NCBI GenBank assembly: GCA_047602405.1 | Contig: JASGHJ010000002.1 | Coordinates: forward strand, 192,001 to 256,000 | Direction: 5' to 3' | Source of the DNA: Anaeromyxobacteraceae bacterium | GTDB taxonomy: Bacteria; Myxococcota; Myxococcia; Myxococcales; Anaeromyxobacteraceae | Length of the DNA stretch: 64,000 bases | In this document: positions 51,194 through 61,000 of the stretch, one piece after another | Numbering within the stretch: position 1 is the first letter of the stretch | Layout of the letters: the number at the start of each line of letters is the position of its first letter | Translations under genes and position numbers: made by a program | Notes under the pieces: generated by a model | Seen by the model: the letters and a program-made list of their open reading frames with translations, nothing else | What the model was told of the DNA's origin: nothing | Database searches by the model: none

Positions 51194-51958
51194 CTACTCC
51201 TCGCCGAGCCCGAGCTCGGCGCGGAGCGCCTTCACGATCCGGAAGTACTCGCTGCGGGTGTACTTCACGTTGAGGATGTGGAAGTCCTTCTTGGAGAGCC
51301 CGACGCACCCGAAGCAGTAGCTGCACTCGGAGCAGTTGCGGGAGAGGAGCAGGTAGTTCGACCGCGTGCAGTTCTCGGACGCGACGCAGTATGCGCAGTC
51401 GTGGCAGCCCACGCAGTCCACGCAGTGGGTGAGGTGCGAGGAGAGGCGGCACCCGCGCGAGTGCGTGCAGCGGTAGCACTCCTCGCAGTCCACGCAGAAC
51501 ATGCAGCTCTCGCAGCGGACGCACCCCTCGCAGGAGATCGACCCGGGGTTGACCTGCTCGTCGCCGTACGCCCGGATGAGGCGCTGGAGCTCGCTCCTGA
51601 ACTCCCGCGCCGACATGACCGGCGGCGGGGCCTGCCGGGGCTCGACCAGCCCGCGCGAGGTGTCGACGAACCCGGAGCCGGTGAGCTCCCGGACGCCCGG
51701 GCGAGGCCGCTCGAGGTCGCGCGAGGGCGCGGGTCGGACCGGCGGCGGCGCGGGGCGGGCCGCGCGGGTGGTGTCGAGGAAGCCGGAGCCCGTGAGCTCG
51801 CGGACCCCGGGCCGGGACGCCTGCGGCGCGAGGGGCCGCGCGGGTGGCGGCCGCGGCGCGGGGGCGGGGCGGGCGAGGGTCGGCGGGCGCGGCGCGCCAC
51901 GCGGGGGCGGCGTCGGGATCGGGGAGCGGGATGGCGGGCGGCGGCGCGAATCGGCCAT
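51194..51958 (-). CDS. Pro-rich protein with a C-terminal cysteine-rich (Cxx)n domain
   Basis: CEGCVRCESCMFCVDCEECYRC... ending CFGCVGL..HILN..Y...EY. Confidence 0.75.
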   Translation of the reverse strand: MADSRRRPPSRSPIPTPPPRGAPRPPTLARPAPAPRPPPARPLAPQASRPGVRELTGSGFLDTTRAARPAPPPVRPAPSRDLERPRPGVRELTGSGFVDTSRGLVEPRQAPPPVMSAREFRSELQRLIRAYGDEQVNPGSISCEGCVRCESCMFCVDCEECYRCTHSRGCRLSSHLTHCVDCVGCHDCAYCVASENCTRSNYLLLSRNCSECSYCFGCVGLSKKDFHILNVKYTRSEYFRIVKALRAELGLGEE

Positions 51959-52016
51959 CGCCGCTCATCCTGCCCCGGAAAAGGGGGGAAGGGAAATATG
52001 GCGGCCGGCCGGCGGC

Positions 52017-53708
52017 TCAGCCCGGCGCGGGCTCGTCCGGCGTCGCGGGCGGCCCGGCGAGCGGCAGGCGGAACGTGAACGCGGTGCCCTGGCCCACGGC
52101 GCTGTCGACCTCGACCTTGCCGCCGTGGCGCTCGACGATGCCGTAGACCACCGACAGGCCGAGCCCTGTGCCCTTCTCCTTCGTGGTGAAGAAGGGGTCG
52201 AAGATCTTCTGCAGCCGCTCCTGCGGGATGCCCGGGCCGTTGTCGGCGATCGCGACGTGGATCTCGTCGCCCGCGGGGCGGGTGCGCACGACGAGCTTCG
52301 CGCCGGGCGCGCCGGCCATCGCCTCGCACGCGTTCATCGCCACGTTCACGAAGGCCTGCCGCAGCTGGCCGAAGTCGGCGACGATCGGCGGCACCGGGGC
52401 GAGGTCGCGCTCGAGCGCGACGCCCTGCAGGGCGACCTGGTGCCCCACGAGCGAGAGCGCCTCGTCGATCACCGCGTTGACGTCGACCTCCTTGCGCGCG
52501 ATGGGGCGCTCGCGGGCGAAGTCGAGGAGGCTCTTCACGATGGCCGAGCAGCGCTGCGCCTCGCGCTCGACGAGCGAGAGGTTCTTCTGGAGCTTCGCGA
52601 GCCCGGGGCCGTCGGGCGGGCCCTCGGCGAGCGTCCGCGAGACGAGCTTCGCGAAGGTGAGGATGCCGGCGAGCGGGTTGTTGATCTCGTGCGCGATGGA
52701 CGCGGAGAGCTTGCCGAGCGAGGAGAGCTTCTCGGTGCGCACCAGCACCGACTGCGCGGCCTTGAGCTCGGCGGTCCGCTCGTCGACCTGCTCCTCGAGG
52801 TGCTGCATGAGCAGGCGCAGCTCGTCCTCGAGCCGGCGCAGCGAGCGGGTCATGTCGTTGAACGAGACCGCGAGCACGCCCAGCTCGCCCTTCGAGCGGA
52901 CCCGGATCTCGAGGTCGAGCTCGTCGCGGCCGACCCGGTGCGTGCCCTCGAGGAGGGCGGCCACCGGCTCGATGATCTCCGAGCGGCCGTAGAGGTAGAG
53001 CGCGATCGCGAGGAGCACGATGCCGAACGACACGAGCGCCATGAAGCCGCTGCGGAACACGATGACGTCCCGGTCCACCGGCGCCATCGAGATGCCGAGC
53101 TCCAGCACCCCCAGCACCTGCCGGCCCTGCGGGTGGGCGTGGCACTCCGCGGTCGCGCAGGACGGCGCGTTGTAGATGGCGGATGCGAGGCGGAGCACGC
53201 GCCCGTCGCGCGTCTCGACGTAGCGGGAGCGGTCCGCGATGGGCGCCCGCGAGCGTGGCGAGTCGGTCGCGTGGCAGGCGAGGCAGGTCCCCTCGGCCTT
53301 CGAGGCCACCTTGCCGAGCTGGGCCGGGTCGGTCGAGAAGACCACCCGGCCCTCCTTGTTGACGACCCGCACCGAGGCGATCCCGTCGAGGTGCGCGACC
53401 CGCCCGAGCTGGTCGTACGCGTGGGAGGGCTGGGCCCGCGCCATCGCCTCCTGGGTGGCGGTCTGCACGGCCTCCGCGAGGAGCGAGGCCGAGCGCTCGG
53501 CCTGGGCGGTGAAGTCGTGCGTGATCCGCCGCTCGGCGGCCCACACCCCGCCGAGCGCGGCCACGGCGAGCACGATCGCCATCACGAGCAGGCGCGTCGA
53601 GAGGCGGTGGCGGCGCGGGATGCGGTCGAGGACGTCCTGCACCGGGCTCGTGTCGAGCGGGGGCGGCGTCGCGAGCGGGCGCGGCGGTGGCGTGAGGCGT
53701 GGGCTCAC
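52017..53708 (-). CDS. Sensor histidine kinase with c-type heme motif(s) in the periplasmic domain
   Basis: TM, CLACH and CATAECH, TM, HAMP, AHEINNPL, NACEA, DNGPG, FFTTK..GTGLGL. Confidence 0.9.
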   Translation of the reverse strand: MSPRLTPPPRPLATPPPLDTSPVQDVLDRIPRRHRLSTRLLVMAIVLAVAALGGVWAAERRITHDFTAQAERSASLLAEAVQTATQEAMARAQPSHAYDQLGRVAHLDGIASVRVVNKEGRVVFSTDPAQLGKVASKAEGTCLACHATDSPRSRAPIADRSRYVETRDGRVLRLASAIYNAPSCATAECHAHPQGRQVLGVLELGISMAPVDRDVIVFRSGFMALVSFGIVLLAIALYLYGRSEIIEPVAALLEGTHRVGRDELDLEIRVRSKGELGVLAVSFNDMTRSLRRLEDELRLLMQHLEEQVDERTAELKAAQSVLVRTEKLSSLGKLSASIAHEINNPLAGILTFAKLVSRTLAEGPPDGPGLAKLQKNLSLVEREAQRCSAIVKSLLDFARERPIARKEVDVNAVIDEALSLVGHQVALQGVALERDLAPVPPIVADFGQLRQAFVNVAMNACEAMAGAPGAKLVVRTRPAGDEIHVAIADNGPGIPQERLQKIFDPFFTTKEKGTGLGLSVVYGIVERHGGKVEVDSAVGQGTAFTFRLPLAGPPATPDEPAPG

Positions 53709-54868
53709 CGGTCGCGGTCCTCGCGGCCGACCACGTCCCGCCGCCGCAGCGGGAACAGCATCCGATCGAAGAGGAGCTCGAGCCGGCCGAGCTCGTCCTC
53801 GCTGCGCAGGTCGATCACGCGGCTGTCCGGCACGGCGGCCTCGGTGGCGCGCGACTCCATCTCGCGGCGCAGGCGGCGCAGCCGGCGGAAGACGAGCGCG
53901 CGTACGAGGGCCCCCAGCGCGAGCGCCGCCGCGAGGGCGACCCCGACGATCACGAGCGCTGCGCGCAGGTGCCCGCCCCGGATGGCCCGCCGGTCGCCGG
54001 TGTCGTCGCGCATCACGAACAGGCCGCCGACGTGGACCTGGTTCACGTCATGGACCGGGAAGACGCCGCGCACCAGCGTGCGGCCCTCGTGCTGGGACTC
54101 GCCGAGGAACGCCCCCTCGTCGGGCAGCGCCTCGATGTCGCCGGTGAAGTCGACGATGCCCCGGTCGAAGGAGGTCGCGTCCACGACGAGGGCGTCGGGG
54201 CGGTCGTTCCAGGTGTCCGGCCGGCCGTTCAGCGCCTGGACCCAGGCCTGGTGGTCGAGCCGCCGCTTCGAGACGACGAGCCCGTAGTCGTCGCCGGTGC
54301 GGGCCTTCATGGCGGAGAGGAAGTTCGAGAGCTCCTCGGAGAGCTCGAGGTAGCCGATGACGCGGCCGTCGTGCCGCCACGGGCGCACGACCCGGAGCGC
54401 GAAGGAGGTCTTCCCGAGCTCCTTGCCGGAGAACGGCTGGCCGGTCGCCATCACCTTCGCGAGCGTGAGCCGGGGCGGGCGGTCGCCGGCGAGGTCGGGC
54501 CGGTGCACGCGCAGGAAGACCGAGCCGTCCGGCTGGACGAAGTACCAGTGCGTCACACGGTCGCGGGTCCGGAGCGTCGCGAGCACGGGCTGCGTCAGGC
54601 GGAGGAGCGCGTCCCGGTCGCGCGCGAGGAACGCGTTCACGAGGGACTCGTCGTTCGCGAGGACGTCGAGGACCGAGCCGAGCCGCTCCACCTCGGCCCG
54701 CTCGTGCACGCCGAGGAGGTCGGCGGCGCGGCGGAGCTTCTCCATCGCCGTCGCCGCCACGGCGCGCTCGTACACCTCGCCCGAGAGCCGGGCCGAGGCG
54801 AGCGCCGCCGCGATCACGACGAGCAGGATCGCCGCGGCGAGCTTGAGCTCGACCGAGAGGCTCCGCAT
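53705..54868 (-). CDS. Membrane protein with a double-Cache sensor and HAMP-like segment, no output domain
   Basis: TM, VTHWYF..DGSVFLRVH, G.ELGKT.FALRVV.P, IGYLEL, TM, EDELGRL...FDRM, then stop. Confidence 0.75.
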   Translation of the reverse strand: MRSLSVELKLAAAILLVVIAAALASARLSGEVYERAVAATAMEKLRRAADLLGVHERAEVERLGSVLDVLANDESLVNAFLARDRDALLRLTQPVLATLRTRDRVTHWYFVQPDGSVFLRVHRPDLAGDRPPRLTLAKVMATGQPFSGKELGKTSFALRVVRPWRHDGRVIGYLELSEELSNFLSAMKARTGDDYGLVVSKRRLDHQAWVQALNGRPDTWNDRPDALVVDATSFDRGIVDFTGDIEALPDEGAFLGESQHEGRTLVRGVFPVHDVNQVHVGGLFVMRDDTGDRRAIRGGHLRAALVIVGVALAAALALGALVRALVFRRLRRLRREMESRATEAAVPDSRVIDLRSEDELGRLELLFDRMLFPLRRRDVVGREDRDR

Positions 54869-54967
54869 TCCGCTCCCCCAGGCCGGTCCCCCGTCGTTGC
54901 GACGGCGCGGGCCCGGCCGACCGCCTGCACCCTTAGCACAGGGGCCCCTTCGTGACAGGATGGCGCG

Positions 54968-55856
54968 GTGACGCGGGAGACGATGGAGGTCCCGGCGGCG
55001 TCCGCGGGGGAGCGGCTCGACCACTTCCTCTCGGCGGCGCTGTCGGTGCGGGTGGACGAGGCGCGGGGCCTCGTGGAGGCGGGCCATGTGCGCGTGCGGG
55101 GCCGGACGGCCTCGCCGCTGCGCCGGCTGTCGGCGGGGGACGTGATCGAGGTCGAGCGCCCGTCGCCGCGGCGGGTCCTCGCGCTCGGGCCCGACCTGCC
55201 GGTGCTGCACGACGACCCGGCGTGCCTGGTGGTGTCGAAGCCGGCCGGGCTCGCCGTCGAGCCCGCCGGGCCGCGCTCGGAGTCGGTGGTCGGCGCGGCG
55301 AGCCGGGTCGGGCGGTTCGACGTCGGCGGCCGGGCGGCGCCGGGGCTGCCGCACCGCCTCGACCGGGACACGACCGGCGCGATCGTGCTCGCGCGGACCG
55401 ACCGGGCGCTCGCGGCGCTGAAGGCGGCCTTCGAGGCGGGCCAGGTGCTGAAGGAGTACGTCGCGATCGTCTCGACGGCGGGGAAGCCCCTGCCGGACGA
55501 GGGCCGGATCGACACGGCGTACGGGAAGGACCCGTCGGATCCACGGCGGTACACGACGCGCCTCGAGACGCACCGGCGGGCGCGCCTCTCCTTCCGCGTG
55601 GAGCGGCGGCTGCGGGAAGCTGCCGTGGTGAGGGTCCGGCTCGAGACCGGGCGCACGCACCGAGATCCGCGTGCAGCTCGGCGAGTCGGGGTGGCCGGTC
55701 CTGGGGGACGCGACCTACGGCATCCCCTCCAGGCTCCTGCAGCGCCAGGCGCTGCACGCCGAGCGCCTCGCGTTCCCGTCGCCGGAGGGGAGGGAGATCG
55801 ACGTCCGCGCGCCGCTCGCGGAGGACATGGCGAGGGCGATCGAGAAGATGGTGTAG
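54968..55856 (+). pseudogene. RluA/RluD-family pseudouridine synthase; apparent +1 frameshift at about 55662 (probably a sequencing error)
   Basis: S4-like N-terminus, KPAG, HRLDRDTTG; TGRTHQIRV is restored by deleting one G; GDATYG, LHA. Confidence 0.85.
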
Positions 55857-55899
55857 GCACCGTCGGGTGGGCGCCACGGGCTCCGGCCGGCGGCGCTTC

Positions 55900-56157
55900 C
55901 TAGGCGGGAGGCCGCCATCCCGTCAGCGCCTGGCGCCAGGCGAGCTCGAATTCCTCCGCCGTGATCGCGTGTTCGCTCTCCAGTCCGAGCGCCTCGAGCG
56001 GTTGATCGGCCAGGTGCGCCGGGTGACCAGCGTCGCCCCATCTCCACTCGCCGCCGTAAACCTCGGCCTGACGGCTGGGGAGCCCGTCGGTGACCTCGAG
56101 GTAGACGGTCCCCTCTCCGAGGTCCGACTCGGCGTCGCGCCTGAAGTAGCGCTTCAT
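55900..56157 (-). CDS. Small hypothetical protein (85 aa)
   Basis: GGAG RBS, ATG start, C-terminal ITAEEFELAW. Confidence 0.55.
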   Translation of the reverse strand: MKRYFRRDAESDLGEGTVYLEVTDGLPSRQAEVYGGEWRWGDAGHPAHLADQPLEALGLESEHAITAEEFELAWRQALTGWRPPA

Positions 56158-56288
56158 GTCTCCATGCTACCTGCTCGCCGCAGGCTCGTGCGGTCGCGGT
56201 CGATCGGCCCCGGCGCGGTCGCGCTCCTCCCCCAAGTCAACCCCTTGCGCGCGTCCTCCCCGCCGTCCTAGAAGCGCCACTTCCCCCG

Positions 56289-58307
56289 ATGCTCGACCTC
56301 TCGACGCTCAACCCGCCCCAGCGCGAGGCGGTGACCACGACCGAGGGCCCGCTCCTCGTCCTCGCGGGCGCCGGCTCCGGCAAGACCCGCGTGATCGCGC
56401 ACCGGATCGCCTGGCTCATGCAGAAGGGCGTGGATCCGGAGTCGATCCTGGCGGTGACCTTCACCAACAAGGCCGCCGGCGAGATGCGCGAGCGGGTGAC
56501 CGCGCTCGCGGGCGCGGCGGGCGTCGACGTGTTCGTCTCGACGTTCCACGCGCTCGGGCTCTGGATCCTGCGGACCGAGCACGACGCGGCGGGCCTGCCG
56601 AAGCGCTTCTCGATCTGCGACTCGGGCGATCAGCTCTCGATCGTGAAGCGCTGCATGAACGAGTTCTCGATCGACGACCGCAGGTTCGACGCGCAGAAGG
56701 TGCTCGGCTTCATCTCGAAGGCGAAGTCGGCCGGGAAGTCGAAGATCGTGCCGCGCGGCGAGGGGCAGGGGGACGACTACGACCTCGTCGCGGCCGAGGT
56801 CTACCCGCGCTACGAGCGGACGCTGAAGGCCCAGCGGGCGGTCGACTTCGACGACCTCGTCTGCCGGCCGGTGCACCTGCTCAAGAAGCACCCGGAGATC
56901 CTGCAGAAGCTCCAGAGGCGCTTCCGGTACCTCCTCGTCGACGAGTACCAGGACACGAGCGCCATCCAGCTCTCCCTCCTCGTCCAGCTCGGCGGCGAGC
57001 GCCGGAACGTCTGCGCGGTCGGCGACGACGACCAGTCGATCTACGGCTGGCGCGGCGCCGAGGTGAAGAACGTGCTCGCCTACGAGCGCCACTTCCCGGG
57101 CGCGAAGGTGATCCGGCTCGAGCAGAACTACCGCTCCACCGGGCACGTCCTCGCCTGCGCGAACGCGGTCATCTCGAAGAACCCGGACCGCCGCCCGAAG
57201 AAGCTCTTCACGACCGCGGGCGACGGCGACAAGGTCCGGGTGCTCGCGCTCCCGGGCGAGGAGGAGGAGGCGTCCTACGTCGCCGAGGAGATCGCGCGGC
57301 AGCGCCAGGAGGGCCGGCCGTACTCGCACTTCGCGGTGCTCTTCCGGCTCAACGCCCAGAGCCGCCCGTTCGAGGAGGCCTTCCGCGAGGCCGGCATCCC
57401 GCACGAGGTGCACGGCGGGCCCGCCTTCTTCGATCGCGCCGAGGTCCGCGACCTCCTCGCCTACCTGAAGGCCTGCGCCCACCCCGAGGACGACGTCTCG
57501 ATCGCGCGCATCGTGAACGTGCCGGCGCGCGGCATCGGCGACTCGTCGCTCGAGCGGATCCAGCACTTCGCCATCGAGAAGAAGATCGGCCTGGGCGCCG
57601 CGATGAAGCGCGCGGCGGAGGTGCCCGACCTGCCGCGCGGCGCGGCCGAGCGGATCCAGGCGTTCCTCGAGCTCCTCGACCGCCACCGCCCCCGGCTCGA
57701 GGGGCCGGGGCTCGCGGAGGCGGCGAAGGCGCTCGTCACCGAGGTCGACCTCTACGCGCACGCCCGCTCGACGGTGAAGTCGGTCGAGGCGGGCCAGCGC
57801 AAGGTGGACGCCATCGACGGCGTGCTCCGCTCGCTCGAGAACCACGCCCAGCGGGCCGCGAAGCCGTCGCTCGCGCGGTGGCTCGAGCGGCTCGCCCTCG
57901 ACTCGCGCCAGGAGGAGGACCCGGTGGAGGGGGAGGGCGTGAACCTCCTCACCCTGCACGCGGCGAAGGGGCTCGAGTGGCCGGTCGTGTTCCTCGTCGG
58001 CTTCGAGGAGGACCTCCTCCCCTCCGCGGGGATCCAGGGCGAGGCCCGCGACCTCTCCGAGGAGCGCCGGCTCTGCTACGTCGGGATCACCCGCGCGAGG
58101 GAGTTGCTCACCCTCACGAGGGCCTCGCAGCGCATCAAGCGGGGCAAGGTGATCCCCCGGACCCCCTCCCGGTTCCTCGAGGATCTGCCGAAGGCCTCCT
58201 CGGAGGTGATCGACCCGGCGGCGGCGAAGGGCACCCCCGAGCAGGTCGCGGAGGCGACGGCGAACGTCATGGCGGCGCTCCGGGCCCGGCTCGGCGGCGG
58301 CGCGTGA
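56289..58307 (+). CDS. UvrD/Rep/PcrA-family DNA helicase
   Basis: LNPPQ, AGAGSGKT, TFTNKAA, VDEYQD, VGDDDQSIY, LEQNYRS, TLHAAKGLE, EERRLCYVGITRA. Confidence 0.96.
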   Translation: MLDLSTLNPPQREAVTTTEGPLLVLAGAGSGKTRVIAHRIAWLMQKGVDPESILAVTFTNKAAGEMRERVTALAGAAGVDVFVSTFHALGLWILRTEHDAAGLPKRFSICDSGDQLSIVKRCMNEFSIDDRRFDAQKVLGFISKAKSAGKSKIVPRGEGQGDDYDLVAAEVYPRYERTLKAQRAVDFDDLVCRPVHLLKKHPEILQKLQRRFRYLLVDEYQDTSAIQLSLLVQLGGERRNVCAVGDDDQSIYGWRGAEVKNVLAYERHFPGAKVIRLEQNYRSTGHVLACANAVISKNPDRRPKKLFTTAGDGDKVRVLALPGEEEEASYVAEEIARQRQEGRPYSHFAVLFRLNAQSRPFEEAFREAGIPHEVHGGPAFFDRAEVRDLLAYLKACAHPEDDVSIARIVNVPARGIGDSSLERIQHFAIEKKIGLGAAMKRAAEVPDLPRGAAERIQAFLELLDRHRPRLEGPGLAEAAKALVTEVDLYAHARSTVKSVEAGQRKVDAIDGVLRSLENHAQRAAKPSLARWLERLALDSRQEEDPVEGEGVNLLTLHAAKGLEWPVVFLVGFEEDLLPSAGIQGEARDLSEERRLCYVGITRARELLTLTRASQRIKRGKVIPRTPSRFLEDLPKASSEVIDPAAAKGTPEQVAEATANVMAALRARLGGGA

Positions 58308-58383
58308 TCGCGCGGAGAAGCCGTGGTATCACGGGGGCTTCGTGGGGCGCCGCCCCGCGAACGGCGCAAGTCTCCGGCCGTCC

Positions 58384-58412
58384 TTGACATTCCGGCGACC
58401 CTCGTCTAAAAG
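58384..58412 (+). promoter_or_regulatory. Sigma70-type promoter of rplM-rpsI
   Basis: TTGACA-17 bp-TAAAAG, about 110 bp upstream of rplM. Confidence 0.65.
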
Positions 58413-58521
58413 CCGCGGTTCCCATCGCGGGATCTCCGCGGGTCCGGAATCCGGATTAGCCGAGTCTCGACGAGCGCTTTCACTGCAACACGCTTCCATT
58501 CGCACCCGGGTTCATAAAGTC

Positions 58522-58971
58522 ATGGCCAAAGGCACCACGCACAGCGCGACGAAGGCCGAGGCGTTCAACGACCGCCACTGGTGGCTCGTCGACGCCGGCG
58601 ACCAGACGGTCGGCCGCATCGCCAGCCGCATCGCCTCCGTCCTCAAGGGCAAGCACAAGCCCCTCTACACGCCCTCGCTCGACACCGGCGACTTCGTCGT
58701 CGTCGTGAACGCCGAGAAGGTCCGGTACTCGGGCAAGAAGGAGCAGGACAAGACCTTCTTCACCCACACGATGCACCCGGGCGGCGCGAAGCACACGCCG
58801 ATGGACAAGCTCCGCGCGAAGCACCCGGAGCAGATCCTCGAGAACGCGGTGCGGCGCATGCTGCCGCGCAGCGCGCTCGGCCGGCAGATGCTCACGAAGC
58901 TGAAGGTCTACGCCGGCGAGAAGCACCCGCACGCCGCCCAGAAGCCCGAGCCGCTCGCGCTCGCGAAGTGA
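58522..58971 (+). CDS. rplM: 50S ribosomal protein L13
   Basis: [40 protein letters not shown]. Confidence 0.98.
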   Translation: MAKGTTHSATKAEAFNDRHWWLVDAGDQTVGRIASRIASVLKGKHKPLYTPSLDTGDFVVVVNAEKVRYSGKKEQDKTFFTHTMHPGGAKHTPMDKLRAKHPEQILENAVRRMLPRSALGRQMLTKLKVYAGEKHPHAAQKPEPLALAK

Positions 58972-58979
58972 GGAAAGAC

Positions 58980-59372
58980 ATGGCGACCCAGGCGAACATC
59001 GTGGTCGGCCGCCGCAAGGAGGCCGTCGCCCGCGTGCGGATGGTCCCCGGCACCGGCAACATCGTCATCAACGGCCGGCCGATGGATCAGTACTTCGGCC
59101 GCGAGACGTCCAAGATGATCCTCGTCGAGCCGCTCAAGCTCGTGGATCAGATGGGCAAGCTCGACATCTTCGCGAACGCCTCCGGCGGCGGCCTCTCCGG
59201 CCAGGCCGGCGCGATCCGCCACGGCATCAGCCGCGCGCTCTGCGAGCTCAACCCCGAGTTCCGCCCGGTGCTCAAGAAGGCCGGCTTCATGACCCGCGAC
59301 GCCCGCGCGGTCGAGCGCAAGAAGTACGGTCGCCCCGGCGCCCGCAAGCGCTTCCAGTTCTCCAAGCGCTAG
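58980..59372 (+). CDS. rpsI: 30S ribosomal protein S9
   Basis: [42 protein letters not shown]. Confidence 0.98.
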   Translation: MATQANIVVGRRKEAVARVRMVPGTGNIVINGRPMDQYFGRETSKMILVEPLKLVDQMGKLDIFANASGGGLSGQAGAIRHGISRALCELNPEFRPVLKKAGFMTRDARAVERKKYGRPGARKRFQFSKR

Positions 59373-59374
59373 CA

Positions 59375-59461
59375 CTTCGCCGTCGCTCCGCGACGGCGAA
59401 GCTGTCGTTGGGAGCACACGCGAGGCCGGTTTCCCGCGAGGGAGACCGGCCTTCGCCGTTT
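59375..59461 (+). terminator. Tandem hairpins after rpsI
   Basis: CTTCGCCGTCGC TCC GCGACGGCGAAG at 59375-59401; AGGCCGGTTTCCC GCGA GGGAGACCGGCCT at 59423-59452 with a weak T tail. Confidence 0.55.
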
Positions 59462-59468
59462 CCGCTCC

Positions 59469-59517
59469 TCCTTCGACTTCGGCCTGCCTCCGGCAGGCCT
59501 ACGCTCAGGATGAGCGG
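59469..59517 (+). repeat. REP-like palindromic element, copy 5
   Basis: TCCTTCGACTTC-GGCCTGCC TCC GGCAGGCC-TACGCTCAGGATGAGCGG. Confidence 0.85.
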
Positions 59518-59544
59518 TGCTGGAAGTGCACGAGGGCCGGAGCG

Positions 59545-60855
59545 CTATGTCCAGGGCTCGGTGAGCCCGGCGACGACCTCCTGCGCCCGCATGGCCGCCG
59601 GCCTGCGCCGCCACCTCCCGAGCTCCATCTCCCGCGCCCGCTCGAGGTCCCGCGAGAACCGCGCGGCGAGCGCCTCCGCCACCTGGGCCGACAGGACCAC
59701 GACGGACGTCTCCCACAGGAACGACAGGCTCTGCGAGTCCATGTTGGTGGACCCGATCACCGCCACGTCGTCGGACACGAGCGTCTTCGCGTGCATCATC
59801 GACGCCGTGTACTCGTGGATGTGCACGCCGTTGCGGAGCAGCCGGTCGTAGGTGCGCCGCTGGCCGGCGCGCACGAGCGGCTGGTCGTGCTTCGGGCCGG
59901 GCGCGAGCACCCGCACGTCCACGCCCTGCCGGGCCTGCGCGATGAGGAGGTTCTGGAGCGACCGCTCCGGGACGAAGTAGGAGTTCGCGATCCAGAGCCG
60001 GCGCCGCGCCGAGGCGATGAGCGCGTAGTACATGCGCGCCGCGCGCGTCACCCGCGCCCAGGCCGGCGTGCTCGCGACGGCCGCGATCCGCAGGTCGCCC
60101 TCCGCGCGCAGCCGCGGGTACGCGTCCCCGCGGAGCGGCGCGCCGCCCGCCGCCTGCAGGCTGTGGTCGAACGCGCGCTGCAGGTCGGCCACCACCGGCC
60201 CGCGCACCCGCGCGGAGACGTCGCGCCACCCGGGGTCGCCCTCGCCGTCCTCGCCCTCGTGCGGGACCCAGCTCCGCCAGATCCCGAAGCCGCCGACGTA
60301 CGCCACGCGCCCGTCGAACACGAGCACCCTCCGGTGCGTCAGCCGGAAGGGGTCCGGGAGCGGCGCGTGGCGGCGGAGCTCCACGCCGCTCGCGACGAGC
60401 CGGCGCTCGAGGTCGGCGTCGAAGCGGTGCTCGCCCCAGCTCGCCGAGCCGAACCAGTCGAGCACGAGCCGGCAGGTGACGCCGCGCCGCCGCTCGAGGA
60501 TCGCGCGCCCGATCCGGTCGGAGGGATCGCCGGGCCCCATCCACATGAACTGGTTGATGTGGATGTGCTGGCGCGCCTCGCGGATCTCCCGCTCGAGCGC
60601 GTCGAAGATCCGCCCGTCGTCGAGGACGTCGACGGCGTTGCCGTCTCGCACCGGCACGCCGACCTCGCGCTCGAGGAGCACCTCGATCGGGATCTCCTCG
60701 GCACGCCGCAGCATGCGGTTCGAGAGCTGGCGGCGCCGGACCCGACGGGCGAGGTGCCCGGAGAGGGCGACGCCGACCGCGCTGGCCGCGGCGCCGAGGA
60801 GGATGCGTCCCAGGCGCACGGGAGAAGGTAGGTATCGCTCCTCCCTCGCGGGCAC
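59545..60855 (-). CDS. Phospholipase D / cardiolipin synthase-like protein
   Basis: HRRVLVFDG..GG, WRD, NSYFVP, HAKTLVSDD..GSTNMD. Confidence 0.85.
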   Translation of the reverse strand: MPAREERYLPSPVRLGRILLGAAASAVGVALSGHLARRVRRRQLSNRMLRRAEEIPIEVLLEREVGVPVRDGNAVDVLDDGRIFDALEREIREARQHIHINQFMWMGPGDPSDRIGRAILERRRGVTCRLVLDWFGSASWGEHRFDADLERRLVASGVELRRHAPLPDPFRLTHRRVLVFDGRVAYVGGFGIWRSWVPHEGEDGEGDPGWRDVSARVRGPVVADLQRAFDHSLQAAGGAPLRGDAYPRLRAEGDLRIAAVASTPAWARVTRAARMYYALIASARRRLWIANSYFVPERSLQNLLIAQARQGVDVRVLAPGPKHDQPLVRAGQRRTYDRLLRNGVHIHEYTASMMHAKTLVSDDVAVIGSTNMDSQSLSFLWETSVVVLSAQVAEALAARFSRDLERAREMELGRWRRRPAAMRAQEVVAGLTEPWT

Positions 60856-61000
60856 CGCGCGTCACCTCGGGGTGCGGACGAACCCTGGGCAGGGCTCGAT
60901 ATCACCCTCCGCGACGTGGGGACGCCCCTCGACGCGCCGCCCGTGTCCCCGGGGACCGGTGGTGGCCCCGCCAAGGGCCGGGTGCTACGCTCCCGGGGCG

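Noticed and set aside
51380..51420. CVGCH as a c-type heme site
   Set aside because: It is part of a period-3 Cys ladder in a protein without an export signal.
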